Below the pieces are notes generated by a model. It saw nothing but the letters and a program-made list of their open reading frames with translations, did not search any database and had not been told where the DNA came from. A DNA stretch of 64,000 bases from Octopus vulgaris (Eukaryota), in contig OX597840.1 of assembly GCA_951406725.2 (NCBI GenBank), positions 15,996,001-16,060,000 on the forward strand, given 5' to 3'. The first letter of the stretch is position 1, and every line of letters starts with the position of its first letter. Positions 59,868 through 64,000 of this stretch are shown here, piece after piece. Both the position numbers and the translations under genes were made by a program.

Positions 59868-62670
59868 CTGAAGAAAGAGAGGGAGAGGGGGGAAAATAAA
59901 AAAGGCAAAGAAATAGAAATAAATAAACAATCTCCAAAAAAAACATTTAACCCTTTAAGCACTCAGATTGCTCTAACAAATATAATGCTTATTTAGACAC
60001 ATTGTTTTGAATTAATCATGCATTATCTTGTAGCTTCGAGATTCCTCTAATGTGATAAGTTTATTTTTAGAATGACATTGTAGGAAAGGTGCAAGAGGCT
60101 GGATGTGGCCAATCTGAGCATAAAAACAGAATATTTTGGCTGGATATTGCCTGTTTAAATGCCAAAGGGATTTAATGTGTACAGGATTACTGTTTGGTCT
60201 CTGGTCAACCCAATGATCAAATTGTTCCAGCTGTGACCATCCCATCTTTCAGAGATGAGATTTAGAAAAATATTATTTTATGTGCCCTGATTTGTTTAAG
60301 AAAGGTGTGATTTGAGGGAAATTTGGTTGCTATTTCCAGCAGGTTGAGCATCTGAATAAGTATTCAGTTGCTCAATCTACAAAATTACTGACTTGTTAAA
60401 TAAACATATAAGTGACTGAGTATTCTATAGATACCCATGTACTCAATGAAAATCACAGACTGAACCAGGGAACATTTGAGTCAAAGATACAATCTATCCG
60501 ACAGGCTACCTCACGGTTTTTGCCTCCTCAATTTTATTCACAAAGATATAATATAAAAGACTGGCCCAAAGTACCACATAGTGAAACTGAACTTGGGACC
60601 TGGTGATTGTGAAGCAGTCACTTGGGCCTGCATCTAGCTTCTGCATAGAGGCTCCCATATTATCTATAGCTATAGAGAATATAGCTACAGTGATGGACTC
60701 CATATCAACATGGTCTGAGCACACTGTTATGGCCTGTAGCTAACAGAACAGCTTTGATGCAGTGATTCAGAGATCCATTAACCTTTTAGCATTCAGATTT
60801 CTGTTTAATGTATTCATCATCATCATTTAAAATGTCTGTTGTTCATGCTTGTATGGGTTGTACGGTTTGACCAGGGCTGGCAAACTGGAAAGCTGCACCA
60901 GACTCCAGTCTAATTTGGCATGGTTTCTACAGCTGGATGCCCTTCCTAATGCCAACTACTGTGTGTAATGGGTGCTTTCACATGCCACTAGTATCTGCCA
61001 TGACTGTGATTTTACTTGGCTTGATCAGTCTTCTGCCAAAGATCTCGGTCATTTGTCATTGCCTCCATGAAGCCCAACACTCAAAAGGAGCTTTTCAAAT
61101 GCCACCAGTATCAGCCACTTTGAACATGAAACATTTGGGCCAGATATGGCCAGTTTAAATGCTAAAGGGTTAATTAATCAAGATATACCATGTTTCATTG
61201 AGAACAATACTGCACACTCCAACATGTAAGGGATTAGGCAGAACTAATGAGGGTACCTCAACTAGGTCACTCAACTTGCTAGAAATAGAAGCCAAACACA
61301 CACTGTCATCCAAACAAAACGAACTGGATACATTGAATAACAACGTAACAAAATTTTAATTTGCTTGTTGTCTTTGGTCAATAAGTGTCATTTCCTATTT
61401 GCTCCTGTTTAGAAATCAAAGAAAATGGCTACTATTCCCTTCAAACTCTGCTTTTGTCACTTGAACATCAATGTTTTCAAACTGACCTATTTTCCATTAC
61501 ATTTCAGACAGATTTGGCACAGAGTTGCTGAAGCAGAAGTATCATTATAGCAAATATTCTGCTCAATACCACAGATTTGCTTGTCAGTTGCTTGACCTTA
61601 AACCACTTGAGCATGTCCCTTAGTGGCTGACAATATGTGCATCTCTAAATCACAAGCAGGAGTAGTGGCAGAGCATCACAGCCATGTGTTGAGAGAGATT
61701 CTTTGAGGTTTAAATAAATGCAACGAAAGCAAAGTTTGAAGGAAATATTAGCCATTTTTCATACTTTGTAAGGGGAAGCAAATAGGAAATAACAGTTGCT
61801 ACCCAAGGACAAAAATCATGTTATACAGTGCAATGCAATCCTAGATACATAATCACTGTACTGACCAGACTGTCAGATTTTGTTATACATTACTGGTCAC
61901 AGTGTGCTTCCAAAATTTTCTGGTTTGCGCCATTCTTTTCCATCTTGGCCCAAATTGATTTACTAAATTGTCTTTCCATCATCATAGAGGCCTTCCAAGT
62001 GGTCTTTTTTGATCTCTTGGATATCACTTGGCAACTGTACAGATCCACCTGTAATCAGTGAACCATGTATTCGTATGTCCAGCCCAGTAGAACCTGTGCT
62101 TTTGGTATCCTGCAGTCATCTTATTCACTCTGTTCTTTAATTCGTTTTGGATATGCAATCTGAAAACTTAACACAGAGCCAAAGGGAGGTGGGAAACAAT
62201 GAAATCAAAAAGGTAAAGGAACAGGTCTAATTGAGGCACACAGTGAATATGCTCAGAGATGGGGACAGTGAAATCTTGAGGAGAACAAGGGCTGGATGGA
62301 AACGCATTCATTTCAATAAAAAAAATGTGCTCAAAGCAAAGCTGGACTAGACTCCAATATATTTTGTCTCTTCAATAGTAACAGCCTACCTCTGCTCTTA
62401 TATGCAGGTTAGTTGTGAGGTACTACATGGAGAAAAGAACATTGATTGGCTACAACGCAATGAGCCATGGAAAGATTCATGCTAACTACATTGTACCTGG
62501 AAAAAAAAAGATGGTCATGGCTGGAATGTCTTTGATTCTTGGTCTACATGGTCAGGGTAACCATACACACATAGACAAACACATGCATGCACGCGTGCAC
62601 ACACACGCACGCATGCACACACACACAGGTATGGAGGTGAGGGTATAAACTGAATCTAAAGAGTGCATAC

Positions 62671-62716
62671 CTCTGGTAACCTAAGAACTTTTGAATATTT
62701 CATACCATTCCTCAAC
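62671..62716 (-). CDS. USP20: USP20/33 exon: LRNGMKYSKVLRLPE (most 5' exon found; the gene continues beyond the window)
   Basis: AG/GT flanks, 46 nt, phase 2 to 0. Confidence 0.92.
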
Positions 62717-63324
62717 CTGAGATAAAAAATGGAAAGAAAAAAACTTTATTTAAACAGGCAAGAGAGAGAGAAAGAGATGAATGAAGTTCACATAAATGGT
62801 GGCAAGAGAAAGTAGGGTCTCTGCTGAAAGTTCAAATACATGAACTATTTTGTATGATTGATGAGGTGAAGGGATCAAACCTACACAGAATACATTCAAT
62901 ATCCGGACACCAGCAGATAACAGAACCCACCAAAGTTTTCAAATAGCAAAAATATATTAGAAATGTTCTTTAATCAACATTTCTGATTATCATGAAATAC
63001 AGAATCAGCTTCATTAGTTTCACATTTAACATGTTTGAAGAATGTATTTGACAGGTTGTTACCTGTTGCCTTTGGGTGAGTGGTTGTCTGTAAACTGATT
63101 TAACCAACCTTTCTAGAGGAGTATAAAGTTGGTCATCATCATCATTTTCCCCATGCTGGCATGGCTGTCTGTGTAGTCAAGAAGCTTGTTACCCAACCAC
63201 ATGGTTTCAGGTTCAGTCCCACTGCGTGGTACCTTGGGCAGGTGTCTTCTACTATAGCTTCGGGCCATCCAAAGCCTTGTGAGTGGATTTGATAGATGGA
63301 AACTATAAGAAGCCCATCAAGTGA

Positions 63325-63935
63325 GTGTGTGTGTGTGCAAGAGCAAGAGGGTGCATGTGTGTGAGAGTGCAAGTATGTGTGTGTGTGTGTGAGAGAGAGC
63401 GCAAGTGTGTGTGTGTGTGTATGAGAGAGAGCGCAAGTGTGTGTGTGTGAGAGAGAGCGCAAGTGTGTGTGTGTGTGTGAGAGAGAGCGCAAGTGTGTGT
63501 GTGTGAGAGAGAGCGCAAGTGTGTGTGTGTGTGTGTGAGAGAGAGCGCAAGTGTGTGTGTGTGTGTGAGAGAGCGCAAGTGTGTGTGTGTGAGAGAGAGC
63601 GCAAGTGTGTGTGTGTGAGAGAGAGCGCAAGTGTGTGTGTGTGTGTGAGAGAGCGCAAGTGTATGTGTGTGAGAGAGCGCAAGTGTGTGTGTGTGTGTGA
63701 GAGAGAGAGAGCAAGTGTGTGTGTGTGAGAGAGCGAAAGTGTGTGTGTGTGAGAGAGCGAAAGTGTGTGTGTGTGTGAGAGAGAGTGCAAGTGTGTGTGT
63801 GAGAGAGAGAGCAAGTGTGTGTGTGAGAGAGAGAGCAAGTGTGTGTGAGAGAGAGAGCAAGTGTGTGTGTGAGAGAGCACAAGTGTACGTGTGTGTGTGT
63901 GTGTGTATGTGTATGTGTGTGGTGTGTGTGAGAGT
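63325..63935. repeat. Compound minisatellite [(GA)n-GCGCAA-(GT)n] following a family B SINE head
   Basis: Direct reading; explains the His/Thr/Leu/Ser ORFs. Confidence 0.95.
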
Positions 63936-64000
63936 GCAACTGACGGAGTGCCATGAATATATTGGTGAGGCTGTGCAGCAAGGAGTTTGCTTCACCACCA

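Noticed and set aside
63142-63998. Long His/Thr/Leu/Ser ORFs
   Set aside because: Translations of a compound (GA)/(GT) minisatellite.

Overview
AT-rich, microsatellite- and transposon-dense animal genomic DNA. The repeat landscape (tRNA-headed SINEs, RTE LINEs with (CAT)n tails, Penelope-like elements, long (TA)n/(CA)n tracts) points to a coleoid cephalopod, probably Octopus; this is inference. Two convergent host genes are supported. One is an intron-free 457-aa membrane-anchored sulfotransferase-fold ORF (11471-12844, +), which has a decayed partial duplicate at about 22.1 kb. The other is the 3' ten coding exons of a USP20/USP33 deubiquitinase (62716 to 34296, -); I checked every splice junction and phase by hand. 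Most other ORFs in the track are microsatellite or repeat artefacts. The most striking unexplained signal is RNA-level: about 11 hammerhead-ribozyme (HHR)-like motifs belonging to about 6 repeat families. They include a tRNA-headed SINE that carries a minimal HHR, core variants (U3-A8, CUGUUGA, CCGAAGA), and a motif at 1161-1224 that has all hammerhead core nucleotides and three stems but in a strand order that is not a circular permutation of types I/II/III, i.e. a candidate pseudoknotted hammerhead. All ribozyme calls are manual base-pairing reads; none was computed or tested.
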